DNA of 64,000 nucleotides. Origin: Eukaryota sp. GEM-RC1. Taxonomy: Eukaryota. A program made the translations under genes and the position numbers. The notes below the pieces were generated by a model that saw nothing but the letters and a program-made list of their open reading frames with translations, was not told the DNA's origin and did not search any database. The stretch spans positions 868,001-932,000 of the forward strand of contig JAUFOQ010000016.1 of the NCBI GenBank assembly GCA_040285855.1. Direction: 5' to 3'. Shown here one piece after another: positions 30,444 through 43,577 of the stretch; position 1 is the first letter of the stretch; every line of letters begins with the position of its first letter.

Positions 30444-30960
30444 AAAAAAACGGGGTTTATGATCAATCAGTGAAATAAATGCATCTGCAGAAGTTAATAA
30501 CTAACAGACACTAACTAAAGTATCTAAACTATGATCCTTCTGTTTATCACCGAACAACTTACCGAAAATAGAATTAAAACATCTATGCATTGAAAGAAAC
30601 AACGCAAACGTTTACCTACTCAACCAAAAATATTCATTGAAAACTTTACCGTACTCAGAACACAATTTACCAAAGGAAGTTAAAAACCGTTGTGCAGCGT
30701 CCAATATTACCAAATATCGACATCGCAAAAGGTTGAAACACAAAAGAATTGCACCTGTCAACATTCAATTGGTTAATTAAGTGACAGTACTTTGTAATTT
30801 TTCCATTTTCAGCCACTTCAAGAGCAGAAAAGTCATCATCAAAAAATTTGGAAATTGATCTTGAATTACAAGGAGTAAAAAGAAAGTTATTGGAGAGGAA
30901 GGTTGTCATTTTCCCTCTTTCAAGCATTGCTTGTGTATTTTGATTCAATTGTAAACCGTT
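30444..30960 (-). mobile_element. 3' fragment of an RLE-type non-LTR retrotransposon (family shared with 63549-64000)
   Basis: AENGKITKY..FQPFAMSIFGNIG. Nucleotide similarity to 63549-64000 includes the 3' UTR. 5' limit approximate. Confidence 0.8.
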
Positions 30961-31139
30961 TCTTTGAATTGAGACGCGAATGTGAGATGATGTAGAGGTT
31001 TAAGTATCTCCTTTGTTACTACTGAGGATATTCTTAATTTGTACATAAAAGGCGTTTTTATGGACTTGACAACAGTTGGTCCTCATAAAAGTAACTTACA
31101 GCCAGTAAACTTTTACAGATGAAAACTAGCAGGTGAATT

Positions 31140-32130
31140 ATGTTAAAAACAGTAACAACGAAACGATTCAATCATAAGTTGTGGTCCATAACATCTGAAC
31201 TACATCCTCTGTTTTCCGATTTTTACGAAATCGTGTCAGTGATAGCTGATTACTACTCCGTCAGCATTGGATAACTTTGGACTTGACTCTTTATATATAA
31301 AGGCTTTTTCTCTGTGCAAGTTCAAGGCATCAGTAGTCCACACAATTAAATGCAATTTGTCCCAAACAACAAATGGGCATGACTCACAATGCCGTGTATC
31401 ACATGTATTACAGGCATCAACTGAAGTTTCAGAATAAGCATTCTTTAAGGGTGTCTTTTTACAAACATCCACAGACACCACATCGACGACATACAATTTG
31501 TCTGAAGAAGAAGGGACAGCAACATCTGCTCTTTATTTACCAAAAATTGGATCTCTTTTTCGTCGTTACAATATTATTATTCTAAAGACTTTAGAAGTAG
31601 TTCAACAAATGATTCAATTTTATAGGACTACACATAGCATGTATTTGGTGTCTAACGGCATACGTAATGTAGCGGTTACAACTTAACAAATGAGAAAAGG
31701 TTAGCTACATTGAAGATCATTTGGTAAGTTGAATGGTTATAAATAGCAACGAAGTCTCATAGTTGTGGTTCATCGATGAACCACTGAATAGTTAACCATA
31801 CACTTGTGGCCTTTGATTAATTATTGATACGTCAAGACTCTACATCAGTTCAATTAAAATATTAGAGAAAACTGGAATTTTTTCTTTGCCAAACTAAAAC
31901 GATCTGAAAAATCTACACTTTCAAAACTTTTGAACGACTGACCTTGAAGTTTCTTCAATCCAAGTTTCAAAGACGAGCTGCTTCTTCATGGAATTTCTAT
32001 GCAATCAACACGAAAATAAGATGATCATAACTCAGGAGAAAGATTTTCTATTTCCACAGTGATTATTATTGAGATAGAAACTTGATGTACTTTTAAGAAG
32101 CGAAGTTTCTTGATGGATATCGAGTGCAAA
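31140..32130 (-). mobile_element. Degenerate RLE-type non-LTR retrotransposon fragment (family of 23541-25010)
   Basis: YVVDVVSVDVCKKTPLKNAYSETS matches VDVCKKTSLKNASSETS of the 24.5-kb copy. Collinear reverse-complement similarity. Limits approximate. Confidence 0.75.
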
Positions 32131-32729
32131 ACTCGAAAAAAATCGATTTGCAACTGAATTTCTAAACAAAAATTTTTACAACCCTTATTTATAATACAAA
32201 GTCTTTTACGTCTAGTTTCATTCGAATTTATGTGCTCCTTTTCTGAGAACAGTTTCTCTTCAGAATAGGATCAAAATTCTGGTTCCCAAGAGACAAAGAT
32301 GAGATGTCTCAGATACAGTTGGCAAATGATAAACATGTACTGTACATTATTCATGTTTGATAATCGGAGCAATAGAATCTATTAGATTAATACCAGTAAG
32401 AAAAACAGATTTATGTGCGGAGAAACACACATAATAAGAAAACAACAAATAAATAAACACTGATAATACAAATTATCGAACGAACTACCTAATTCCGAAA
32501 AGTAGTTGCCTCCCAACAACTTGGACAAAATGGAATCAACATATCTATACATAGACCTATAAATCGAAAAAGCAGATTTACACTTCCATCTGTTAAATTT
32601 CTTGAAAAGTTTGCAACTTTGTATTTGTGTATTTTACTGTATTGTATTTCGACCGATTGTGGACTTGCCAGTTCTGGAATCATTTGGAAAAATGAAACCC
32701 CTTCTCGACACAATCCGCTTGTTTTCCAG

Positions 32730-33232
32730 TAGGGCTGTTAAAAGATATCAGGTCACAGGTCAGGTCAAAATCTTGATCCTATCTTGACCTGACATTTGAC
32801 CCGATGGGAGAACTGTTGTGTTTTATAGTTGCCGTCCAGTTGTTTGTTATGTTGAACTCAAAAATAGTACATGTAAAACAATTGCTTTACAAATCTCTCA
32901 ATGTCAATTCAAAACCAAATTTTAATCATGCATTCAGACAGACAAGAGCTTGAGCATCGTCAACTGGTAAACCGTGTCATTCACCACTGGAAGATTGTAT
33001 AATCCACACATGACAGAATATTTAGCTAGTGTAGTACATTTTGATACATAACAATAGATCGGTGCTGTCAATCGTTCATGATTTTCAACTGGAGCACAGA
33101 CATTGAGCAGAGAATACCGAATCTGAGGTATCTTGACCTGACCCGAGACCCGATGTGAGGTGTCTTGATCTGACCTGAGACATGACCTGACCCGAGTTCC
33201 GATGATCTTAACTTAACTTTTTAACAGCCTTA
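32730..33232. mobile_element. Non-autonomous hAT-like element
   Basis: TIRs tagggctgttaaaa / ttttaacagcctta. TSD ttttccag / ctttccag (7/8). tgacctga subterminal repeats. Confidence 0.88.
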
Positions 33233-33470
33233 CTTTCCAGCGTTGTGTTTCTAAATCACTTTACAGATACTTTTGGACTAAAATTTCTTTCATCTTTTGC
33301 AAAATTGAAACAGTAAGGGAAGAGTTTAATTGAAAGTGACTGGCGAGCTAGTACAGTCTACATATACTACAGTATGTAGTACAATGTACATGTATGATCA
33401 TTAATTAGTTAATTTATGGTCAATAAAAAAGTATGTTTTTACATGGTATTTCGATACAAAAAAATCAATT

Positions 33471-34733
33471 TTAATAAGGCTCTTCAGGGAAAACTGTTTG
33501 CATCAAGAGAACCAATCCGTACCCTAGCATAAAGATTCCCATTACTGCTCCGATAAGAATCAAACAAGGATGATTAATGGTCGTTCTGAACGTATCAGAA
33601 CCACGTCGAGGGCGAGTTGATGGCATTTGAACAACATCATCTTCACCATTTTCTGAGGAGGACTCAGAAAGATGAATGAGATTAATGTTCAAGGAGCGTT
33701 GCGGAACAGTAATCGGAGGAGCTGAAATCTCATAGGTAGCGCCACTAAAGCAAGATCTCAGTGCATTCAAAAGAAGAGTGGCATTAGGGCGATTAATCGG
33801 GTTAATTGAAGTTGTGGACTGAATCAGAGGTCTGAACTTTTCTGGAATTGCAGAAATATCAATAAGAGCAGCTCCTTTCCGTTCAAATCTGGCCATTTGC
33901 AGAGCTTGGAGTGGTTCTCGTACAGATGAAGGATCTTGATTGGATAATAATCCCCAAAGAAGAACACCAAAAGAGAATATGTCTCCTGCTGGTGTTGGTT
34001 TATCAGTATGACCAAGTAGAACCTCCGGGGGCATGTAGGCCATGGTTCCCAAGAAGCTGATGGTTACACTAGTATTTGAAGCTCGAACATCATCAAAATC
34101 AGCTAGTTTGGCTCTATTTATCCTCTGATGATTGATGTCTAGAAGAACATTTCCTGCAGATATATCTCTGTGAACAAAGTTGTTACGATGAAGAAGAGAC
34201 AACCCCTGAACTACATCCTTAGCAATTGTAGCAACATCTTCTGAAGAGAACTTCTGTCGTTTGTTGAATAGATCTTGGATACTGGCTGAAAGATGTTCAC
34301 AGACAATTCCAGGGGGATTTTTGGTCACGCCATAGATTCGAACCAATTTATCAGGGAAGTCCAGACTTTTGATGAGATGGTACTGATTGTTGGCTTTGTT
34401 TTGGGCAGGAGGGAGTCCTGGAAGTTGTCTGTACTTCTTCCATATAACACGATTATTAGAGAAAGTTCCTAAAACAAGGTCTGATGAATGTGTGGATAAG
34501 AAGTGCTTCTGATCCTGAATGTCACACTCTGTAATGACTTTTGGTTGTAAGAGTTGGGTAAGAAGCTCGTTTCTCTTCAGCTCATAATTGTCAGGAATGC
34601 TTTGATTACACACAGGACAATGACGTCTAACTTTGAGAAAAGCAGATATACACGTAAGACAGAAGGAATGCTGACAGGGAAGGGTCACTGGATCGTTGAG
34701 AACCCCGAGATGGATTGGACAAGCGACAGTCAT
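33471..34733 (-). CDS. RING finger - protein kinase - C-terminal TM protein, copy 2 (intact)
   Basis: Same RING and kinase motifs as copy 1 in one ORF. TM segment LILIGAVMGIFMLGYGLVLLM near the C-terminus. Confidence 0.92.
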   Translation of the reverse strand: MTVACPIHLGVLNDPVTLPCQHSFCLTCISAFLKVRRHCPVCNQSIPDNYELKRNELLTQLLQPKVITECDIQDQKHFLSTHSSDLVLGTFSNNRVIWKKYRQLPGLPPAQNKANNQYHLIKSLDFPDKLVRIYGVTKNPPGIVCEHLSASIQDLFNKRQKFSSEDVATIAKDVVQGLSLLHRNNFVHRDISAGNVLLDINHQRINRAKLADFDDVRASNTSVTISFLGTMAYMPPEVLLGHTDKPTPAGDIFSFGVLLWGLLSNQDPSSVREPLQALQMARFERKGAALIDISAIPEKFRPLIQSTTSINPINRPNATLLLNALRSCFSGATYEISAPPITVPQRSLNINLIHLSESSSENGEDDVVQMPSTRPRRGSDTFRTTINHPCLILIGAVMGIFMLGYGLVLLMQTVFPEEPY

Positions 34734-34998
34734 GGGCAATTGATTGGAAACTGCTCCAATGCAATTGACCCACTTCTTTCCAAAGGTCTTTCATCAACAG
34801 ATTATCTGTATTAAGTGGCCACAGCTGTGTGTATCCAATGGTTTATGGCCGTTTCGGTGTGATTTCTCCTGTTTTCCTTCATTTTAAGATACAAGTCCAT
34901 TTCTGATTTCTGATAATTGAGACAATTATACATGTATTCATCTCCAGTATATCCTCGATGTAGTGCTGCCCTCGATTTAAGGTCTGCCAGTGGGACGG

Positions 34999-35019
34999 CA
35001 TTATATAGAGGGTATACTG
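34999..35019. mobile_element. Possible solo pogo/Tigger-like TIR
   Basis: Reverse complement cagtataccctctatataatg, followed by TA. No partner end found. Confidence 0.3.
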
Positions 35020-35142
35020 TATGTACTATTTTTGTTATAGATGTACATGTATATATATTATTAAGGAAACTTCATGATATCTTTGGTTGACCAGTTATGC
35101 CACAGATGCTACATGTAAAAGAGTTTCTCTTGTTGTCTATCT

Positions 35143-35897
35143 CAGGGCCTAGTAAAAAATATTTAAATAAAATATACCAAACTTTTGCTTAAAAAATAAA
35201 TAGCTACATGTACGTAATTTATTTAGCCAAAATAAATATGAAAAATATTTAAATATTTTCCGTTCTCCTAAGAATGTTTTTGTTCATCCTGAAAACAGAT
35301 CATCAACGAATTTTATTAAACAACTAATCTGATCACTAAGCACTTACATCAATGACCCTTTCACAAGGGTTGTTCTTCCCTCATTACAGCTCTAACGGTT
35401 TGGGATGAAGGAAAAGTTGTGTTTCCAACGATCCTGCTGTGAGACCAAAGCAATACTCACCAATTATTCTGCGCACGAACAATCTGTCGCACTCTTTATA
35501 CGTCGCACTCTTCGGGAATGAAAGAGAGGTTGGTGTAGCAAGAAGCATTGGAAATACAGTTGGCAGACTCATTCAATTGGGACACAATATCGAAGTTCAC
35601 TTGGCTCAATTGAGGATTACAGGGCTCTCTTTCAAATCTAACTATAGACTGTCTTTCATCCTTGGTTAACTCATTTTTTCTGCCTTTCAACACTTTCACA
35701 ACACCTGTCTCAAATGAGATTGAGTGAAGGACATCAGTGTAAGTATTACCCAGAAAGTAGCAATGAAACACGTAAAAAATATTTTTTTATTTTCCATATG
35801 GAAAAATAAATATTGTAACTTGTCTTCTGGAGAAAATAAATATTTCAACTATGATTATTTCAAATATTTAAATACAAATATTTTTTACCAGGCCCTG
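35143..35897 (-). mobile_element. Internally deleted hAT transposon with C-terminal dimerisation-domain remnant
   Basis: TIRs cagggcctagtaaaaaatattt / aaatattttttaccaggccctg. Perfect TSD gtctatct. Minus-strand remnant YTNLSFIP...ECDRLF...LTAGSLETQLFL resembles the hAT C-terminal S..ERxFS...LExxLFL motif. Confidence 0.9.
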
Positions 35898-36267
35898 GTC
35901 TATCTATGAAGATTGCTGTTCTCATTAGTATTGGTGTCAGTTGACTATTATTTGTTGTCAATTATCAACCAGTTCCGTAAGAACTGTGGTGCCATTGATC
36001 TGACATCTTTGGTGTCTTCGAATTAACATTTGCGTTTACTAGTGTTTCTTTCCTGTTCTGGTTTACATTACTGACAAAGAATTGTTTAAAATAAACCTCT
36101 ATTAGACTAATAAATGTTCCTTAGGTCAACGAAACAAAACTAAGACTTGAAGGAGTTCCGAATGAACTAAAACCGGAAATGGAGATGAAGCAAAAAACAG
36201 AGTGCTAAAAGCAAAAAGTGTCACAAATTGACATCTACAAAATGTAAAAAAACGGCAACAAAAACTC

Positions 36268-38779
36268 TTAACAATCGGATTCATCATGAACAAGTTCCAC
36301 CTGTTCAGGTTTTCCACTGGATCGATCACTGGTATCGTCACTAAAAGCTTCGACTTCATCATCATCATCATTCAAATTCTCTTCAACTACTTCATCCTCA
36401 TCCAGATCCTCCTCTTTCTCTTCCATTTCTTCTTCCACCTTCTCTGAAGAAACCAACTCACTTTCATTGTCCAATGGCAAGATGTTCATCATTGATCCAA
36501 GTCTAGCATCTCCAAATTCTTTTGATCTAAACACAATCGGTAAAAACTGGGGAGCAACGAAAAGAGAATATACAAAAGCAAGAATAATAGTCGACAAAAA
36601 CATTAAACAAAACACTCTAAACACTGAAGTACTTGAAAATACAAGAGGTAAAACGGATACAAAGGTTGAAACAGCAGACGAAACGATTGCCTTTCTCAAC
36701 AACCACACGGCTTTTCTAGCTTTGTATTCTTCCCCTCCGTTTGATACAGCAAACGACTCACAGACATGAATAAAATAGTCGACACTGATACCAGAACATA
36801 AGCATAATCCAGTGACAACTATTGAAGTGAACGGAATAGAAAATAGCGCGAGAACACCTAGAACATTGACTAGAATAACCAAAACTCCTGAAAAACAGAA
36901 AAGTGCCATTGTAAACTTACCAATCACTATCCAGGATACAACGAAGATAGCAGCGAGGGCGAGACTCAATGTCTGAGCTGCTTCAGTAAACAAAACTCTA
37001 AATTGTTCAATAAATGGAAGTGACGGAGAGTAGACAAAAATACGACCATCAAACACATCAAAAGCTTCTCTAAATAAATCTACCAACTCGATTTGCTCAA
37101 GAGGTTTTCCCAGAGGTTGGAACTGGATAGACATACGAGAAAGGAAAGATGAATCGTCATCAAAAATCACGTCGTTTGAAAACCGTTGACCAGGACCAGA
37201 AAGCCATTGACCAAGTTCATCCAAATCAATTGGGTCAATTGAACTAGGATAAGCATCAACCCATGAACTTGTAAAGGAAATACCAACCCCATGAGCAGCT
37301 GTTTTGATATCAGACCATTGATGGAGTGATTCCATGTCAAGCACAAGATGACCAGAACTCGATGGGAAATGTTTTGTCAAAATTTTAAAATAGTCACGAA
37401 TATAACTATCAGGTGGGGTAAACTCCGTTTGCTCTAAGACCTGTTCCATTTGAGATGCTCCATATGAAGAAAGTAGAACGGCAGAGAAAACACAAACAAT
37501 TAGAATGACTCGAAGTCTCTTGTTTGGGTGAGGTACTTCAAGCTGCGAAACTTCGATAAGCTTACTCCTTTCAGTTTTATCGTGGTTAATTAATGGTACA
37601 ATAATTAAAATTTGTAAACAAAACAACACGGTGATGCAAACAGACCCCTCAATACCAAATGATCTCAATGAAAACAAAGAAGAAGTCGAAGCTGATAGAA
37701 TTGCCAATACATTGGTAGCAGTAGTTAGAAAGATAGCAGTACCTGCCTTTTTCAGAGTTCTGACTGGAATATCAGATAGTTTCCGTTGAAGAAGACGTTT
37801 TCTAGTGTTAAAGATAATAAACACATCATCAGCACTAATAGCAAGAAGAAGAAACGGAATGAATCTATTAACATGCCCAGTTTCGAAGTTGAACAGGCCA
37901 AGAATTCCTCTACCAGTGGAGTAAGCCAAGAAAGGGATAAGGAGAGATATTAAGGGGAGTTTGACTCGAGTATAGTTCTTGTCAATGAAGAGTAAAAGAT
38001 GACTATTCCGCAAAGGACAATTCCTCCAATTAAAAGCAAAAGATCACCAGAGAAAGCTCGGCCTGCTTCTGATTCAAAGGAATTTCCAAAGAGACGGTAG
38101 ATTTTAGTAGTCAAAGTCAAAGATTGAAGCTCTTTATACAGATCATCTTCAAACTGTTCAGCATCTTCTACTGGCAAAGTGAAGAAGCGGATGGATAAAG
38201 CAGAGGCTGATTCAAGAGACCCATCGTGAGAATAAGATGGAGATCCTAGGAGAGATCTTAAAGAAGGGTGAGAAATGATGGCTTCATTGATGATGGACAG
38301 AATTTGACTCTCAGAAAGAGATGGAATGTCATACTCAGAGAAAGAATCAGCCAAGGATGTTATAAGACAGTCTTCACCATCTCGGTAACACAAGTCTTCA
38401 AATCCTGCAGCAAAACAGCTTCGTGAACAGCAACATACTCAGAAATGACTGTACTTGAGATCGTGGTAAAGTCTGCTTGAATGATACTGTTCATTAAAGG
38501 GGCTACTATTGTAAAGTTCTGGTTGTTGTATTCGACTGTCTGAGTAAATGTGGAGCGATACAAGTTATGTTCCTCCATGGCCCGTGAGTTCTGAGGAACC
38601 CATAAGACGTTGGTATCAGAAAGCTCAGTAATTCTTCCTTGGAAGGGGAGAGAAGACAAGTACCAGTAGAACACCCAAACAGACAAAGAGTTTTGGATGA
38701 CTCTCTGCTGCTCTTCCAACCTTTTCGAAAACACGGGACATGGACAAAAGAGAAAGATTCTCTTGTGGCAATTTGGCAT
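36268..38779 (-). CDS. Patched/NPC1-like (RND family, sterol-sensing-domain) membrane protein, split by apparent indels
   Basis: PFLLLAISADDVFII, AGTAIFLTTATN, SLRSFG, PPDSYIRDY, GISVDYFIH and VFRVFCLM, plus N-terminal LWVPQNSRA. Three or more overlapping ORF pieces. Confidence 0.85.
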
Positions 38780-39367
38780 CTTCCTACAAATGAAGCTCAA
38801 AAAGATTGAGCTAGAACAGCGTAATTTCTTCCACTAACACTACATTGTATTCGTTGATTTGAATCGTCAGATCTACAATAACGTACATATAAAACGACAG
38901 TAATTTTAACATTATCCAAAAGAATAATACTCACCTGGGAGAATCTGATACAGCAAGACCATCTGGTACTTATGTTCATGGTTTTCATTGTGATAATAAA
39001 AGCTGTAATGTTAATGCATTGTTCACACAATTTTTCTATGTTCGGTTCAACACGTGTTGAGTAAATTCTGAGCAGAAGAACAGAATAACTCACTTTAAGA
39101 TCAACCAACGGAAAAACACATCTGTTTTTCACTCATGTTACAGCTGAACCAAGTTGATAAATTGGAACTGATATTCAATGTTTCCAACACTGATAACATG
39201 AAGAGCGCATCAATAATTCATACATTTAAGTAAACTTTGGAGTAAACTTGAATTTTCTACCTTTATTCAATATTGTTTTATCAAGAACAGTAGAAATTTA
39301 CACAAAGTCATTGAAGTGACATAAAAGAATGGCCATTCAACACGTGTTAAGGTAACCCCGAACATAC

Positions 39368-40393
39368 GTGTACATTGTGCCAGTGGCAAATTTTGACAAT
39401 AATTTCCAACAATGGCTTCTGAAGTTCTGGACAATCGTTTGTTCTTTTCCATGTCTTATTCAAGTCTTTGAGTCAATACAGTCATCCATCAGACAAGAGT
39501 GTATCAGTTTCATAACACAAAGTTCTTCTCTTTCACAGTCTTACGTAAGCTCACACGATGATTCTAATAATCCTTTATTCACACCACTACCCCAGAACCA
39601 CTCCACACCAGCTACATCTAGATTTACACCCTCTTTTGGTTCTACTTTTTCCATATGTACACCGTTTGTTCCCACTGAAATCCAATCCATTCCCCCATCA
39701 ACCATGATGAGACCTCTTTTGCGGAAGATAGACCTTACACCTGTTTCTTCGTTCAAAATGCCGACACTTCCATCTGTAACTTGTACTACTGCTCGTCCAC
39801 CTCTTCCGTTGAGACCCCCCACTGCGTCTACTGCACCAATCACATCTACTCCTGTTGTCTCAACTCTTGATCTGTCAAATCCGTCACCCTCAATTAAACC
39901 ATCTCCATCTACTAATCTTTCTCCTTCACTTAAACCTTCGCCGTCTACTGATCTTTCTCCTTCTGAGTTAGAGCAAACAGAGCAACCGATAACACTTGAT
40001 CTTGATTCGAGTTCAAGTGAGATTGAAGTTTCTGATGTTGAACCTGTAACTGATAATGAAGTGTCCACTGATGATGACGTCATTTCTGGTAACGAAGACA
40101 ATTTTTCTTCTGAAAGTGAATCAGTAGTGGAGATCGATTCTGAAAATGAATCCAAAATAATTGATCTTGAAGATGACGTCATCATTCCAGAAGTTCCCTC
40201 AAAGGAAGAGATTGTTGTTGAAGATATTGAAATCCCTAAGAAAGTAAAGAAGCCTAAGGATCCTATCCCGAATCGACCTACAAGAGTTACGAGGAATAAG
40301 AAAATTGATTTCACTCAGTATTTTGATCCTACACCTCCAAAAAGAAGAAGCAAGCAGTCCCGATCAAGCAAGAAGGCCAAAACAAGTGATTGA
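39368..40393 (+). CDS. Hypothetical Ser/Pro/Thr-rich protein with acidic then basic C-terminus
   Basis: 341-codon ORF of low complexity. Start uncertain. Confidence 0.55.
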   Translation: MYIVPVANFDNNFQQWLLKFWTIVCSFPCLIQVFESIQSSIRQECISFITQSSSLSQSYVSSHDDSNNPLFTPLPQNHSTPATSRFTPSFGSTFSICTPFVPTEIQSIPPSTMMRPLLRKIDLTPVSSFKMPTLPSVTCTTARPPLPLRPPTASTAPITSTPVVSTLDLSNPSPSIKPSPSTNLSPSLKPSPSTDLSPSELEQTEQPITLDLDSSSSEIEVSDVEPVTDNEVSTDDDVISGNEDNFSSESESVVEIDSENESKIIDLEDDVIIPEVPSKEEIVVEDIEIPKKVKKPKDPIPNRPTRVTRNKKIDFTQYFDPTPPKRRSKQSRSSKKAKTSD

Positions 40394-40941
40394 TTGGACG
40401 ACAATAATTGATTTTTTTATCTAAAGTTGATTTCATGTTTTGAAGTTTGTATTTTTGATGATTTGATTTGGCAATTAGTGTACTAAACTGTATTTAATTA
40501 ATATATAAAGCTTTACAGATGTTGTTGGTTGTTCATTTTAACTGTATTGTTGAGATTCACATATCGCTTTTGTTTGAGATCATTTCTAAAATTTTGAACG
40601 AGACTTCTTGACTAGGTCATGAACTATTTAACTCTAGTACTTGAATCTAAAGGTGCGATTAACAATTATCCTTATTTGTTCCTGATAATGTATTTCAAGA
40701 ATAATCTAAAAGTATAGCAGATGTACATTTTGATATTTGTAATGTTTTCAATCAATGTTGTTAAAATCAATTTGTTCAGCAAAAATAGATGTAACAATTA
40801 TTCAATTTTTTCGAATCAATCAAATTGGACTTAAAAACCGAGATTTAGACAACTGAGCAAAACTTCAAAAACAATGGCCTCCAAAATGAGACTAAACTCC
40901 TTTAATCAAACTCTAGGCAACTACATGTACTTAACTAAAAC

Positions 40942-42253
40942 TTACTTTAATGATTCAAAACTTCTAAAAGCGAAACTCTTAAAGAACATATCAACCTCCC
41001 CATTCTGACCTTCATCGTGCTCAGGAGCCACGTCATCAATAGGATCAAAATACCGTGTGTCATCGTCACCATCAAGTTCAGGTACCCAAGGAGCTGTCTG
41101 CAGTTTCAAAGTAGCAAAGTCAATTCCATTGAAAAAGGATGATTCTTGATCTCAGCAACATTACGACTTCCCAATCGAACATTCTCTTCACACAACAACT
41201 TCCTTATCAAGTCCTCTGCTGCCCGAGAGCAACGACCAGGGGGGAAACTGTAGTGTTCGTCTCCAATTAACGATCCTTTTACACGTTTCCAATGAACTTT
41301 GCGCAAAGAAAGGTGCATATCCACACAAACATTCGAAAATAATACATCCTAAACTCCAAAAAATCAGCGGCATTAGAATAACGCTTTCGTAGCAGCACTT
41401 CAGGACAAGTAAAGTCAGGGGTTCCAACAATACTCTTAGCTCTAAGCCTTTTAGCTTTAGCATCAACTGGGGGAGGGGCAGTGGGGTTAACTACATCAAA
41501 ATTGGGATCTTCCGCCATTCTCTCAGCAAGCATTTGAGCGTAGACTTCAGCAGGTCGTTTGGGAGCATCACCAGCAGAGGCAAGTCCAAAATCACAGAGT
41601 TTTAAGTGACCGTCGCGATCAATCAAGATATTATCAGGTTTTATATCACGATGCATGTAGCCGACTTTGTGTAGAGTTTCCAGCGCAAGAAGAATCTCAG
41701 CGGCATAAAACTTGGTTTCAGTTTCAGAGAAGATGTTGTCTCTAATGAGTTTTCCCATCAGATCACCACCAGGACAGTAATCCAAAACCAGACACAGATA
41801 CTGGGGAGTGGTGAAGGAGGCATGAAGATGGACAAGGAAGGGTGAATAGTGAGACATGATCTCACGTTCAGCCATTACAGAGGCCTGGAAACCGCGCTTG
41901 ACAATGTTGGATTTAGACAAAAGTTTGATAGCCAGAAGTTTGTTGGTTGCAAGATGTCTAACAAGACGAACTTCGCCGAAGCCACCTCTGCCAACGAGCT
42001 TGATATTCTCAAAGTCTGTGAGTTGTAAGGCTTTTCTGCTACTTCGAAGATATTCAGTTTCCATAGCACGAAACTCTTCAATTAAAGCTTGCTTTTCAGA
42101 ATCAGTTATGGAAGGATCTGAAAGTTTCTTTTGTAGGTCGTATTCTCTTAAAGTTCGATGAGCAAGCTTGCGATTGACATCCCGAAAGTAAGACTCGAGA
42201 AACATGCGAGTGGCAATTGCCCGCTTCTTTGCTGCAGGACTCACTTCACTCAT
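40942..42253 (-). CDS. NDR/LATS (Cbk1/STK38-like) AGC kinase, split by apparent indels
   Basis: ETEYLR, VGRGGFGEVRL, YCPGGDLM, HRDIKPDN, DFGL, SIVGTPDF, FWSLGCI..GYAPFF, IKNHPF, APWVPEL..DTRYFD and a hydrophobic-motif tail. Breaks fall at A6, G6 and A5 runs. Confidence 0.92.
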
Positions 42254-42320
42254 ACAATACAATCAGAGAGAAAATCTTTTCCAAATTATCTCCAAAAAAC
42301 CACTTTTCCTGTCTTAACTG

Positions 42321-43467
42321 ATGTCAATTCTCACCCATTTCTCCGACAAGGACATAGGTAACCTTCAAAGCTACAAGCACTCGTGTGATGACAAGTCAAT
42401 TTTGTCCAAACGTGTACTAACACCCTTCTGGATTCGAGTCTCTAGTGTTTTGCCTTCTTCTATCACACCCAACATGATCACGCTCTTTGGAGGAGCCTTT
42501 ATGATGGCTGTGTTCATTTTTACTCTCTTTACAGCTGATAACTTTCTCACTACCCATGTATCTGCCTTCCACTCTCTCTTAGCCGGATTTGCCTTCTTTG
42601 TGTTTAACACCACTGACGGAGTTGACGGTATTCATGCTCGTAGAACCAAACAATCCTCCCCTCTAGGAGACCTTCTTGATCACGCAGTTGACTCACTAGT
42701 CTATCTATTTGGTAGCATCCTCATTGTTGCCGTCCTTGTTCCCGTCAATCCCATTCTTTGTTTCTGTACCATCGCTTCAGCCTTAATCTCAGCTCTTGCT
42801 ATGGAAGTAGAGTATCTTGTTACGAAGTCCTTGAGGTTTGGAGTCGTATCAGCTCCAGTAGAAGGTGTCCTTGGGGCTGCTTTCCTAGGCTTCATTGGCT
42901 TCTTAAATATTGACTTTTATGCCGGAACTCTTTCCTGCTTTGGTTTCAAGTTGTCTTATGGCACCCTCACTCTCATCCTCATGATGGCTTTGTTTGTGTT
43001 TAGTTCTCTCAATTCATTCATTTCTTGTTTGATCTACTCTCTGGAAACAGGGTAAAGGTAAACGTGATTTGAAGCCTGTTTTCAAAGCTTTTGGTCCAGT
43101 TTGTCTCCTTGGTATTCACTTCCTTAACATGATCCATTGGGTTCCCGGCATGTTCTCTTCTCACTTGCTTCTCTGTATTCTATGCTTTGGGTTCTCTCTT
43201 GCTCATTTTACTAACAAAGTAGTGATTGCCAGGCTTTGTAATCATACTGAAGTCAGTCAAAACTGTTTGGCTATTGTTGTTTGGCCAATCTCAATGTTGT
43301 TGTTGACTGTGAGTTCTGCATCTACACCTCTTTCTTGGACAAAGTACTTACATGTTTGGTTGGCACTGGTAGTTTGTGTGTATACTGTCTCTTTCCTTTC
43401 AATGATTTTCAATATTGCCAACAGATTGAGATTTTCGGTTTTAAAACGTTCTTTAAAGCGATCATAA
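42321..43467 (+). CDS. CDP-alcohol phosphotransferase (choline/ethanolamine phosphotransferase type)
   Basis: PNMITL and DGVDGIHARRTKQSSPLGDLLDHAVD signature. Removing one G at acaggg (~43050) fuses the two ORFs (ETGKGKRDLKP). Confidence 0.93.
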
Positions 43468-43577
43468 GGATCTGTTTATTTTTGATCGTGTAATATTCCA
43501 ATAAATTAACTATTGTTAACAAACAAACCAAACATTATGATATATAGCAAATATATATGTAATTAGAATTTTAGAAA

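Noticed and set aside
39541..40314. 257-aa minus-strand ORF and similar antisense ORFs (e.g. 1525-1827, 24132-24659)
   Set aside because: These are shadows of low-complexity or well-supported opposite-strand coding sequence and carry no independent motifs.
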